Positions 17,945-33,242 of a stretch of 64,000 nt of DNA are shown here, one piece after another. Both the position numbers and the translations under genes were made by a program. A model generated the notes under the pieces. That model searched no databases, was not told the DNA's origin, and saw only the letters and a program-made list of their open reading frames with translations. Positions within the stretch are counted from its first letter, which is position 1. Each line of letters begins with the position of its first letter. This DNA is from the human T2T-CHM13v2.0 reference genome, Homo sapiens. Location: the NCBI RefSeq assembly GCF_009914755.1, contig NC_060947.1. The stretch is one strand, 5' to 3'.

Positions 17945-18285
17945 GAAAGAGTTGGCAAATATTTTTTCTGTAAAGGGCCAGTTAGTAAATATTTTGGACT
18001 TTGGGGGCTATATGATCTCGGTTGTAGCTACTTATCTCTGCCATTGAAGTGCAAAAGCAGCCATAGACAACAGGTAAACAAATGAGTACAATTGTGTTCC
18101 TATAAAAGTTTTTTATAGATACTGAAATTTGAATTTCCTATAATTTTTTAATGTCAAAAATATTATTTTTCCTTTGATATAGTTTCAATCATTTAGTCAT
18201 ATAAAAACCACTTTGTAGACCATACAAAAACAATTGGCTTGGCAGGTTGAATTTGACCCGAGAGTCATAGTCTGCTGACGCCTAG
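17945..18285 (+). mobile_element. MER58-type hAT-Charlie DNA transposon
   Basis: GTTGGCAAA..TTTTCTGTAAAGGGCCAG..AGTAAATATTT; ends TAGTCTGCTGACGCCT. Confidence 0.8.
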
Positions 18286-20309
18286 CACAGAATAACTGAA
18301 GCAACAAATTGCTGTTTTGAATCAGTGGTAAATAAGATAGAAAAGAGTTTGGGACCAGGAAATGTATAACATTAGTTAACTCCTCTACTCAGACAGAGAG
18401 AGAAAGGTAAGATCTCAATTTGTGTGTCAGTGAGGGCTTAAGTGACATTGTAATGCTTCAGTAAGATTAATATGGAAGAAATGTTTTAGACAAGGTGCAG
18501 GAAGGAGAGATCAGAGATAACAAACTAGGTACGAATTTTTCATTAGTTGGGTTTGAGGAAGTGACCATATGGTCCGGGGTGGGCCCGAAGAAAAATTTCT
18601 CAACAGATCCAATCTATGGGGCGAGAGACAGCGACTACTGAAACTTACAGGTAAGATTTAAACCAGAGACATCAGGAAATGAAGATTTCTTTGTCAGAAA
18701 AACAGCGTAGTGACTATGTTGGTTGTAAATCGGCTGAACTGGAAGTGTCCACAGAATTCCAGCTGTCAGTGTTTCGCAGATTGTTGGAAATGCACAAATG
18801 AATTTCGGGAGATAGTACTAACCCAGGGGAAAGGGGTGGGGCTATCTGTGAAAATTTCCTTAGGTAAAGGAGGGTTGGGGAGCATAGAAATTAATGGGCT
18901 TTTCAAAGAAAAATGCACAGCTGAATCATCGAACGTAGGGCAGAGGCTGGTGTGTGTGGTGGTGGTGGTGGGGATAGACAGGAGTAGAAGGTGGCTTATC
19001 AGAATGCAGGAAGAAAAACTAACTTATTCAAAGAAAAGAACCAGAAAATATGGAAACTTAGGATGTTTTTAGAGTTATAAAAGTCAGATCTTTTGTTCAT
19101 TCCAAAGGGAAATGATGGCTGAGAATCTAAAGTGATATATCGTTTATGGACAAAATGATTTTTTCTTTGTTTTCACATTTTCAGGTACTGGAGGTTAGAA
19201 TTTAGTAAACAAATCTCAAAAGTGGTGGGATACCAGCTAACAGCTAACAGAGGTTTTTTAGAAAGAGTCTCAAAACCCCTCTCTAGGTACCTTGGAAAGT
19301 AGCATAAAATAGTGTAAAGAAATAGAGGGCCTGCATTATAATTCTTACTGGTTCTCTCGCTAATTTTATAAACTTTCCAATGTCATGCAATAACTTAGGG
19401 ACTTAGCCCTTTATGTGCATAGAGAGGGTTCTCTAAAATTTTCTGTAGGTCTAAAATTCAATGATTCTATTTTACTTTTCTTATATATAAGAACAGTCCT
19501 GTGTAATCTCAAAAATGGGCGGTGAAAATTGCATTTACAGCTTTGGATTCAAACTCTGAACACCCAAGGAATTATGTGTATGTAGCAATGAAGAGCCTAC
19601 ATTTATATATATATTTTTAAAAAGTATTTCAATTATTTCACTATTTTAAAATCTAATTAAAATGACACCTCTATTCAAGGGAGTGCATGAAAGAGTAATA
19701 TTTTTTGTTTGGTACTGAAATCTTACTAATTCAGAGATAGAATATTCTCATGCAGACCAGAAGCTCTGACTGGCATTGGTCATTCTTTGACATCCAAAGA
19801 TAATAAAAGGGGACCTTTATGAAATAAAGTTTGGAAACTACTGGTCAAAATTGATCCAGATGGAATTACTGCAACAATACCAATGCCTAGTGAGCAGATC
19901 ATTACTCAAAGCCTGACATTGGCAACAATTCCAACATATGGTAAAACATCCTCCACTCTCAGAAGATGGGAATACTCCACAGCTGTGGTTTGCTTCTGCT
20001 GAAAGAGTATAGTTTCACCCATAATTTGCCACCTGTCAGATAAGAGAAAGGGAAATGTCCTGTTTGTATACAAAGTATTAAGAGAAGCTTTTGATCAACT
20101 CTGGATAAAAAGGGAGATAGGACTACATGGCCACTTCTATATAATAAAATAAAAGATAATAAACTAAATTTGAAGCATATTTTTAACTTTTTGAAATGAA
20201 TTTCCACAGATAGTATGTTCTTTAATTTAATCTACACAGCAATAATTTGATGAGGCAAAAAGGGAAGGTAAAAAGGCTTGCCCAATATCTCACAATGTTG
20301 AAGTTGGAA

Positions 20310-20760
20310 TATATTAGAAATCTATTGCCATACTAATACTTTGTAACAACCAACCACCGCATTTCAGTAGCATACAAAAACAAACATTTTTTGGCCATAT
20401 ATCTGGGGTGGTCCCAGATATATGCTGACCATCTATCAGCAGCTCTCTGGATCTCAGCTAAGTCCACTCATATGTCTAAAGTTTGACTGACTCATGGCTG
20501 ATCTAGGATGACCTTGGCTAGAGTGGCTGGAGAGACTTAGGACTATGGTATCAATGTCTTTTATCTTCCAATTCACGAGCTTGGGCATCTTCTCTGGGCA
20601 ATGGCAGAAGAACAAGACAATGAGCAGAAATACACAAGTGTTTTGCCAAGCCTCTGATAACATCCCATTGGCCAAAGCATATTATATATTCAAACTCCAG
20701 AATTCAGAATCTATAGGAAGGAAGGGGTTTAGACATGGGCCTAGTAATATCTACCACTTG
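20310..20760 (-). mobile_element. MLT1 LTR, degenerate
   Basis: GTAACAACCAACCAC..TTCAGTAGCATACA and CATCCCATTGGCCAAAGCA motifs. Confidence 0.65.
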
Positions 20761-21139
20761 GAACATCAACCTATGTTTTCTGGTTTGAATCCAATCTCTC
20801 TCTCTCTTTATTTTAACCTTTCTAATCTGTTTAGCTTCCAAACTGAAATGGCTGGTCCTTAAAGAATAAATGTGATTTCTACTGAGATGTACTGCATGAC
20901 AATTAACATGGTTATCTTTCATTCTCTTTCACTCAAAAATATTTATTGCCTACTGTATGCCAGGTACTATGCTGAGAAGATTGCTATTTATAAATGAATA
21001 GAACAGTCATTTCATCTTTTAAAAAATCATGTATCAAACCTTCATGTTTAATCATGTTAGTATAAAAGTTCATTTATTTAGACAACCAAAATTCGATATC
21101 CCAATATCAGCACTTGAAAAATAAAGGGAAAAATAGGCT

Positions 21140-21540
21140 GTAGTTCAGCTGAACAGTTCTACTCAATTATCCCACAGAGCTCCTGCAGCAGCTGCCACAT
21201 TCTTCACGGTCTCACACACCAAATGCACCTTCAATTCTTTTCTGTGTCCTCCCAGACCTGACTTCACTCATAAAGAAAGCCAGCAGCTCTTTACCTGCTA
21301 TAATATGGGGCTTAGGCCCTATGACCTGCATCATGGTCTCTTCCTGCCCAATGTTATTTCCTCTCCCTTCCTTTTATAGGTCGCAGAACTGAAATGCACT
21401 CTGAGAGCTTTCCCTGCTCATTCTCCCCTCCTTCCCCCTTCATCTTTCACTAACATTATCCCCCTTTCTCCTCCACAAACCCCTTGCACTCCTAACTCTA
21501 TTTCAAAGTCTGCTTCTTCATGAACCCAAACAACACATCA
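21140..21540 (+). mobile_element. ERVL LTR16-like element; its 3' half is a near-identical copy of the 23.4-kb element
   Basis: LTR16-like end (CCCTTGCACTCCTAACTC..TCTGCTTC..GAACCCAAAC). Confidence 0.5.
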
Positions 21541-21632
21541 ATAAGGTTGTTATAAGGTCTGTTGCAGATCAATAATCTTTTAACAAATGAGATCATGTTA
21601 GAGTGATTCTGCCTTCTTTTACCTTCATGCTT
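21327..21632 (+). repeat. Direct repeat copy 1 (about 305 bp) of 23365-23668
   Basis: Direct visual alignment, near-identical. Confidence 0.97.
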
Positions 21633-23106
21633 CTTTTACCTTCATACCTACCTGCAAATCCCTCAAATTACAAAATTAGTTTCTCATATTGAATGAATCA
21701 GGTGCAAAAAGAAGGGGCATTTCTCCCCAGGTTCATAGGTAGAATGCCGTATGTACTGGTGTGTTAAGAGTCAGAAAATATACAGGATCTTCTAATTCAG
21801 CCATTTTCAAAATTTCTATTATGTTCATTGTAAAGGAGTAAAACTCCCTTTAAAATTTTCAAATGAAACTGTTTGCAGGGCCAATGACTTAAAATAGATA
21901 AAAGTAGGCTTTTCTGCTTAAATTGGGGGTAGGGTGTTCAGAACTCTACCTAGCTTGGACCAAGCTAAAACTAACGGAAGTATTCTGAAATAATTCAAAT
22001 TTCCCTTAAATGATCTTTGTTAATTTTGATGATACTGTTCACCCTCCTCCCTGTCCCCACCACCATAATACTCAGAGCAATGCTAATATGTGACATATAT
22101 GTTGCCACCCCACCTTCTGTCCTCCTGCAAACATGACTAATCAAATTCAGCACTGTTTCCTACTAACCCTGAATTCAGTATCAGAGTTCTCAATATAAAA
22201 CTCAAGAAATTCACTATCAGTATAAATTGAAGTTTGTACTCAAAATGCAGTCTATTTACAATCTCTATGGGAGTCATTCTATTCACATGCACAATCACAC
22301 ACACATGATTGTATGTCTTTCTCTCACACACATTACTTGTCCTATATTAAATACTGATGTTCTCTGACTACCCACTCAGGTGAACAAGCTGTGAGTTCTG
22401 CAGAAGTTAAAATAGGGAATTACAGAGTCAGCTCTTAAAATCTCAACTGTTCCTCTCACACAGGCAGAATTAGTTTTGATAGAACATCCTCTACCCACAG
22501 TCTAGCAATTCTGAAAAAACAAATACTGGTGGATGTGGAGGTGTTGGAGGGTCGCCAAAAACCAGATTCTAGAGAGAACTTCACTAGTTTATAATACTCA
22601 GAGGCTGACTAAGGGTACACAACCCTCTCTTTGGGGGTATAAGTCATTTTATATTAGAAATGGCATTTATATCAAAAGTTTGTAATTCTACTTTCCTACA
22701 ACCCAAAGCATATTTTCACCACTCCTTCCCTAAAGTAGTCTGAACTGAGAGAGTAAGAAGAGGTGAGTGGCATCTTACTGGATTTAAGGTCTCAATATTA
22801 TCTTTGAGAGGCTTTATTTTCTCAAATAAGTTCCCCTCTCTATCTCCCTTTCCCGCTTAGTGGTAAAATTATTGGCTTTAGAGTTAGTTAGACCAAGGTC
22901 CACCTCTAAGCTCTGTCTTTTGCTTGCTATATTGTTTTACTATTTTGAGGTCTCAGAAAGTCCTGTGATCCCAAAGTTTCAAAGTATCAGTATGATGGTA
23001 CAGTAGCTCTGAAGTCAAGAGACTGAAGTTGTACTACCTGATGTGTGCCTTAAAGATCCCTGTGAACTTCAGTGTCTTCATTTATCAAAGAAGGTTGGTT
23101 TTGATA

Positions 23107-23575
23107 TGCCGTGAGGCAGCCACTGGAAGTGCACCACTCAGATTATCCATCAAGACAAAACTCGCCATTCAGCTACAAAGAGTGCAGTTCTTCCCATCTC
23201 CCTCAGCTTTTGATCTGAGGCCAGCAAATCTCCAGCAGCCCCAGCCAGTGACTGAGCATGGCAGGGGTACTACAGCCTGCCATTTCTGTTCAACACAGTT
23301 CTCCTTTAATAGGCAATCTTTGCTCCAGAGCTCCCCGTTAGATTGGCTAAGACTTTGTCAGAGATGCATCATGGTCTCTTCATGCCCAATGTTATTTCCT
23401 CTCCCTTCCTTTTATAGGTCGCAGAACTGAAATGCAGTCTGGGAGCTTTCCCTGCTCATTCTCCCCTCCTCCCCCCTTCATCTTTCACTAACATTATCCC
23501 CCTCTCTCCTCCACAAACCCCTTGTACTCCTAACTCTATTTCAAAGTCTGCTTCTTCATGAACCCAAACAACACG
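23107..23575 (+). mobile_element. ERVL LTR16-like element
   Basis: TGCCGTGAGGCAGCCACTGGAAGTGCACCACTCAGA start and LTR16-type end. Confidence 0.6.
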
Positions 23576-23668
23576 TCGACACATGCTATAAGGTCTGTTG
23601 CAGATCAATAATCTTTTAACAAATGAGATCATGTTAGAGTGATTCTGCTTTCTTTTACCTTCATGCTT
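23365..23668 (+). repeat. Direct repeat copy 2 (probable donor)
   Basis: Direct visual alignment with 21327-21632. Confidence 0.97.
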
Positions 23669-26600
23669 GGCATTTTAGCAATGGATTTAAAGAGGATGAG
23701 CAAGATGCTTAGGAATACTGTATGTCTCGGTTTGCCTGAAGCAGGGCCATTTGACACCTGTTTTGACTTAACATTTGCCACCAAAAAAGTAGTTTTGGAA
23801 ACCACATATTATATAGTCTTCCCAGTGTTACTGGATGAAATCTATCCTTCTATTTCTAAAGTTTGAAATACTTCAATATATTCACAAAATAGCTTCACAT
23901 ATTCATCAATGTGAAGATACTCTCATTCATTTATATATTCATATAATTCTGGAAATGTTTATTCAATTCAATTCAACACAGTATTATATGCTCAAGGACT
24001 TGGATAAAAGACAGTAAATACTTGGGTGACATTTTAGGTCAAGTTGCATTTTAGTGACTAAAAGACTAATTTGAAGAATCAATTTTTACTTGATTTTCTA
24101 GTTCACAAAGAGCATTCATAATGGCTAGTCTACCATGACAGATACTTCCTCCAGTGGGGATGACATGCTTCCCTTGGGAAAATCTCTCTGGGCAGCTGCA
24201 GCCACAGTGCAGGTTGCTGACTTCAGCTAGATTATATTCGACAGATTGAAAGCTCACAGGTGCCTGAAGTATACCAGAAAACATTTGTCTTTCTTAGTAG
24301 GAGAACTGGAAGGATTTTAATTGACTGTGCTGGTTTTTTCACTTATACATGTTTTAATATAACATTTCTGTACTAAAAAGTTAATGTCACCAGGATATGT
24401 CCTGGTATGTATTAAACATTATAGGTTTTTCACATCATTCTTTATTTTTAATGCAAATGCATTAAATGGAATATTTGCTTCTTTTAACAAGTTGAGACAC
24501 TGGCTTTGTATGTTTCTCGTGGTTGAAAAAGATATGTTTGTGTCCATTTCTCCACACTTTCCCATTTGCCCTTGCCATGACAAAGTGTAATAAGCAAGGT
24601 TAAAATGGGTTATGACAGGGAATACTCATTTTAAACACAGTGGCACAATTGTTTCTGAAATCATTATCTACTTGGTGTTCTGAGAGCTAAGCTGGATTCT
24701 ATTTCAGCTGGAAAAAGGTGAAAAAAAATACATGTCAAAAGATGAATAATGTGAAGTTTGATCACTTCAAAGATTACATCTCTGGTTATTCCCTACATTT
24801 AAATGCTCTCTTTAAATCATGAGGCGGTTGCAACTAAGATGGTGGCATACACGATTTTACTTCACTGTTGTTTCTGCTGTTTATTGGCCTCAGACAGCTC
24901 TGAATTTCCACTTAGGGCACAAGCCCCAAAGTTATGAATATTTATTGTGTAATGGGAAGACATTTTAAGAGATTTTTAACATTGGGAGGCACCATGGTGG
25001 ATTATCACATATTTCAAACAGTTGAGTTGCTTTAATACATTTCCTTTGGATATCACTTTGATTATGTAACAATTGTGAATTGCTCCACAGAATATGAGAT
25101 CAAATAATGTCACATTTAATTATTTTCTCAAGTTGACTAAAATCAGTTTTCATCTTCATTTGTAAGGTCAATAATTTCCATTTTGGGGGATATCCCTTCA
25201 CATCCCCTATAAAATCATGGTTAAACCAGGAAAACGGAAATCATTCTAGACCATTCTAGCCAGAAAAGCTTTAATACAGGAAAAAAAAAAAAAAGAGGCT
25301 TCCACAACATTTGTGGGGCCGCTGGCATCAGAGAAACAAAAAATGCAGGGATCAGAGGGGACAACAACTGAGGACCTCAGTTGTCTGCAGGATCAATATG
25401 GGAGACTCCTAGAGGATGCTTAGAAGTTGTCATAACCCTGCCTACTTCAGCCCAGCCCTTGCCTGCAACTTATGAAGAATAATGGTTTTTCCTTTCATTA
25501 CATTTTCCAAATCTCACACAAGTCCCTTTCTGTAGCTTCAACTAAGCAGGAGAACTTCTGGCGAGGGGATCCTGAAAATGTATTTCTATCCTTTCTTCTC
25601 CTGGGCACACTTGGAAGGGTAGAAATGACACAGAATTAGCATAGACCACATCTGACACAGTATTACAACACTGAGGAGCAAAAATGGCCCCAAGAAGACA
25701 GTCACCCATATTTTTGGTTCTCATCATGGTAGGATATGGGTTCTTAGTCTATGACTTTTTTGTGACTATTATGTATTGTTATGGCTACCATTTCTAGCTG
25801 CAGAAAGCCTCCTCCATTTACATGCCCATTTTTCTCCATGCCTGGAAACCTTGGCCCAGCTCCCTTCCCCGGTGAGCAAGATCATTTCAATTAGGACACT
25901 AATTCTGAACTCACTCCCTGCTAAGCTTGGAAATTGGCCCATCTTGCAAGACCCCAGGCTGTGGAGTTATACTCCACCTTTATTAATATAGTTTCCATCA
26001 TTGCCTACCACACCAGAAGGCACTCTGATAGCACTCCACACCTACCCTCCAGTGATGGAAACACTCCATTGTTTCCTTTATATCCAAATCTTGGAGTTAC
26101 ATTTAATATAATTTTTTGTTAAATTTTAGAGCACGAAGATTTATTCTGACTGCCTTTTAGATGATAAAGCTTAATTGGGCCTCTAAGCCTTCTCAACACA
26201 AAAGTCTGTTTTAAGGTAGACTTCTGTTGCCACTCACATGAAAAAATATCTCCTTCAGAGCATTGAAACTCAAAAGCTGATTAGCCTCCAGTAGAGGAAA
26301 CGGGACCCCAAACCTTAGGAAGATAAAAGCCTGGCTGGCCTCCTGGTGGGGTAAAAGGCAGTTTTCATTCTTTCACAATGAATCTCCAGCAGCAGCGGGA
26401 ACACAATGCTGTTTCTCTGTAGGTCACCCTTTCACATTAAATTTGCTATAAATCAGCCTTCCACACTTGCTAGAGCATTGTCTTTTCCTATAGATGCTAA
26501 AGTGAAAAAACTCTTCTAGGAAAGTCATTGTGAATCAAGGGCTGTGTCTGTCCTCATGGAACTAAATGGCCATTAAATGAGGATGAATTCTTGCTCTATG

Positions 26601-27451
26601 CTCACCTTATCAAGAATAAATGAAGGCCCAGTAATCCCCATGTGTAACTATGAGAGGAGATACAGTGATGCATTTTGATGGAGATGGGGGTTAAACATTC
26701 TGGGCTACCTAACTGACTGATCGTTGTAGGTTTGGGGAATGGACTCTAAGAGTTCCTGCAAAAGACGTGTGGTTGTGGTTCATGGTAGGGGCTGGAGAGA
26801 AAGGGAGGGAAGGGGACAGTGAGAGAGCAAGAGAGCAAGCAAGAAGGAGTTGATGGGTGCGGAAAACAATATGCTTAGAGGAACTGAGTAAAATGCTAAA
26901 AAGCATCTGCATATGAAGAATTAAAATCCTGAAAGCCACATATTAGTCCTTAGCAAACCTATCATACTGCCTCCAGCAGGATGAGACAAATGAAAAGAAT
27001 TCTGGATCTAAAACTGGATTACTTTATAGGATTGGCTATATGCAAGCTCTGAAACCAAGTCCAGACTTGAAGCTGGACAGTGGGCCTCCAGAGGGTAGAA
27101 TTCAAACCTCTGGGGGTGTCCTGATGAATGAAGCAAAAATATAGTGGAGAATCACAGAAGAGCCATATGTAGAAATCCACAGAAGTATGTAGCTGACCCT
27201 ACCAAAGTAATATGCTAGTAGAAAACAGCACTCCAATCTTTTGGCTGGGGTTCAGACTAAGATTATAATCTCTGGGAAGATGAGGCAGGCATAACCAGGT
27301 AGAAAGTCACGCCTACAGGGTTATGGCACAGGGAAGGTTATTGATTCAGAAACTCATAATGTAATTCAATTACTACTGGAAGGGTACAAAATAGCCTGAA
27401 AATAAAGAAAACTTTTAGTTATGATAATCAGGAAAAAAGCCAAGATTGAAT

Positions 27452-27718
27452 TACATGGGGGCGGTTTCCCCCATGCTGTTCTGGTGATAGTGAGTGCTCA
27501 TGAGAGCTGATGGTTTTAAAGTGTGTGGCAGTACCCCCTTCTCTCTCTCCTGACACCATGTAAGACGTGCCTTGTTTTCCTTTCGCCTTCAGCCATAATT
27601 ATAAGTTTCCTGAGGCCTCCCCGGCCATGCGGAACTGTGAATCAATTAAACCTCTTTTCTTTATAAATTACTCAGTCTCAGGTAGTTCTTTATAGCCATG
27701 TGAAGACAGACTAATGTA
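27452..27718 (+). mobile_element. THE1D/MSTA-type LTR, 3' part only
   Basis: CATGCTGTTCT..TGATAGTGAG...CCTGAGGCCTCCCC..AATTAAACCTCTTTTCTTTATAAATTAC. Confidence 0.85.
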
Positions 27719-27724
27719 CTATCA

Positions 27725-27930
27725 CTTATAGACATATTACCAGGGGTCTAGCACTCTGCTTTGCCTTTTAAATATTTTTTTCCTTTAATGCTTACAACCA
27801 CTATTGAGGTAGGTGTTATTGTCTAATTTAAGAGATGAAGAGATTGGGCCCCAGGAGTTAAATTACTATAATCACATAGCTAGTAAAGAATAGCACCATG
27901 AATTGAACTCAAGGATCTTTGATTTCAATT
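27725..27930 (-). mobile_element. MIR
   Basis: GAGGTAGGTGTTATT...AGATGAAGAGATTG..CACATAGCTAGTAA. Confidence 0.6.
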
Positions 27931-27989
27931 GCAATTCATTGGTAAGCATGGAATTGCCCTTGGTTTCCTTTGATCCTTGCAGGGACCAA

Positions 27990-28545
27990 GGGTATTTTTA
28001 AAGATGGCTGCAACATTATCTCCTATTCCATATAGTCTGCTGCAACGTGACTTTGCCACTCCTCCACAATGAGGTGGAATCTATTTCTTCACTCCTTCAA
28101 AACTGATGTAGATTATAGCAAATGTGATACGGTCCCAGTTACGAGTTCATCCCTTAGTTGATGTTCTTGGGATGCTGCATCTCAGAACACATCCACCATG
28201 TTATAAGAAACCTAAGAGAGATGGGTAAGGTCACATGTAGCTGCTCCAATGTACTCTTCCAGCTGAGTTACCTGCTGATAGCCAGTGTCAACTGCAACTG
28301 AGTGGGTTGTCTTGGACGTCTGAGCCTTTACAGTTCCCTGCTGACAGCCAGAGTCAACTGCAATTGAGTGGGTTGTCTTGGACATCTAAGTTGAACCTTT
28401 AGATGACTCTAGCTTCAGCCAACATATAACTGAAACCACATGAAAATTGCCTAGATGAGTCTAGAAATGAAAACCAATAACATACTGCTTTTTCAAACTA
28501 CTAAGGTATATGGTTTGTTGCGCAGTAAATTGCAACTGGAATAGT
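27990..28545 (+). mobile_element. MLT1 LTR with an internal 66-bp-period tandem duplication
   Basis: AAAGATGGCTGCAAC..GTGACTTTGCCACTCCTCC..GAGGTGGAATCTATTTC. Confidence 0.7.
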
Positions 28546-28749
28546 ACCCAAGGTAAAATGTGTTGTAGGTATAGAGCTAAAGCTGAGCCTGGACATGAGG
28601 GTAAAGTAGGTCTAGGTGTAGAGAAAGAGGGAAGACAGAAAACTGACTATGCAACACATAAGTTACTCTTAAGTTTGAGGTAGACAATGAGTAAGATGAT
28701 TCAGTAACTTGAGGTTTTATATCTGCTACTTAGCTCAGATGTGTTAGCT

Positions 28750-29260
28750 GTGTGTTTATTTTCCATACATCGTAAAAGATCACTATGAACTTAATGGCTG
28801 AAAATAACACACATTTATTACCTCACAACTGCCATGAGTCAGAAGTCTGGTCACAACTTAACTGGGTTATCTGCTCAGAGTCTTGTAAAGCTGGAATCAA
28901 GGTGTCAACAAGCTTAGAGTCCTCTTCCTTCCTGACATGGTTGTTCAAAGAATGTAGTTCCTTGTCGTGGTACCGTGACCCTCAGCTCCTAGAGGTCACC
29001 TGCAGTTCCCTGTCACATGGTGCTCTTCACAGACAGTTTACATCACAGTAGCTTGCTTCTCCAAGGCCAGGAGGAGAGTCCCCCTAGAGCATGCTAGCAA
29101 GGTAGAGCTATGTATATAACATAATCATGGGAGGCACATCCCATCACCTCTGCCATGCCTTATTTGTTAGAAGCAAGTAATAGGTTCTGCCAACACTCAA
29201 GGGGAAAAGATCACACAAGGTGTGAACATTGGGGTCACCTTGGGGTTTGTCCCCCACAGT
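28750..29260 (-). mobile_element. MLT1 (E/F-like) LTR
   Basis: AACACACATTTATTACCTCACA...GGTCACCTGCAGTTCCCTGTCACATGG. Confidence 0.7.
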
Positions 29261-29329
29261 CTCTATTCCTTAATTTATTCAGTATTGAATATCCAATCAT
29301 CCATCCATCTACCCACCCATTTATTCTCT

Positions 29330-30025
29330 AAGCATGCTCCTTCCTCAAGACCTTGACATTTACTTTTTTCTCTACCTTAGACACTTTTGCCCAGAAATTT
29401 GCAAAGCTCAATCTCTGCCTTCCTTTATGTTGGCAGATATCACCTCATCAGCAAGGGAGCCCCTAGACCATTCTATCTAAAATAGCCAATCTTGGACCCC
29501 AGCATTCACTATCCCCCTTGTTTTATTTTTAATAGCTCTTATAAACATTCGATACATATATTTCACACTGCCTTTATTGGCTGTCTCTCCCACCACAGTG
29601 TAAGCTCTATAAGAGCAGGAACTGGCCGGGCACGGTGGCTCATGCCTGTAATCCCAGCACTTTGGGAGGCCAAGGCAAGTGGATCACGAGGTCAAGAGAT
29701 CGAGACCATCCTGCCCAACATGGTGAAACCACGTCTCTACTAAAAAGACAAAAATTAGCCGGGCGTGATGGTGGGCACCTGTAATCCCAGCTACTTGGGA
29801 AGCTGAGGCAGGAGAATCACCTGAACCCGGAGGTGGAAGTTGCAGTGAGCCAAGATCGTGCCACTGCACTCCAGCCTGGTGACAGAGCAAGACTCTGGGA
29901 AAAAAAAAACAAAAACAAAAACCCGGAACTTTGTTTTATTCACTGTTGAAATCCTAAAACCTAAAACAGTGCCTCGACATAGCTGGAACTCAACAAAAAT
30001 TTGTTGAATGAATGAACAAACAAAC
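29330..30025 (+). mobile_element. L2 3' end, interrupted by an Alu
   Basis: TGTAAGCTC..AGAGCAGGAACT [Alu] TTGTTTTATTCACTG...TTTGTTGAATGAATGAA. Confidence 0.75.
29624..29921 (+). mobile_element. Alu (AluSc-like)
   Basis: GGCCGGGCACGG start and A-rich tail. Confidence 0.93.
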
Positions 30026-30338
30026 ATCTACCATGTGTCAAAGATGATGCAAATTGCTTGGGGGACAACAAAAATTCTACCCTGAATAGTTTCAGCTGTG
30101 AAAGAAAGAGTTTGCTAGGAAAGTACAAAAGCTAAAGCCTGAGAATGAAGGTTTTGGAGCAAAAAATAAGACATTTTGGAATAAAACACAATTTGGAGCA
30201 ACTTAAAGAAGATATCAGAAATTTTCTCCAAATTCTGTAGAAAGCACAAATTAAAACAGAGGCACTTGGAGTTAGTGGTTGAGACAAGGCAAACACTTCA
30301 AAAATTAAAATTATATCAAGGCAAAGATAAAAAAATAA

Positions 30339-33242
<2,904 letters not shown>

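Noticed and set aside
23029-23430. 133-aa ORF
   Set aside because: Lies in an LTR16-like element, has a non-ATG start and shows no homology that I recognise.
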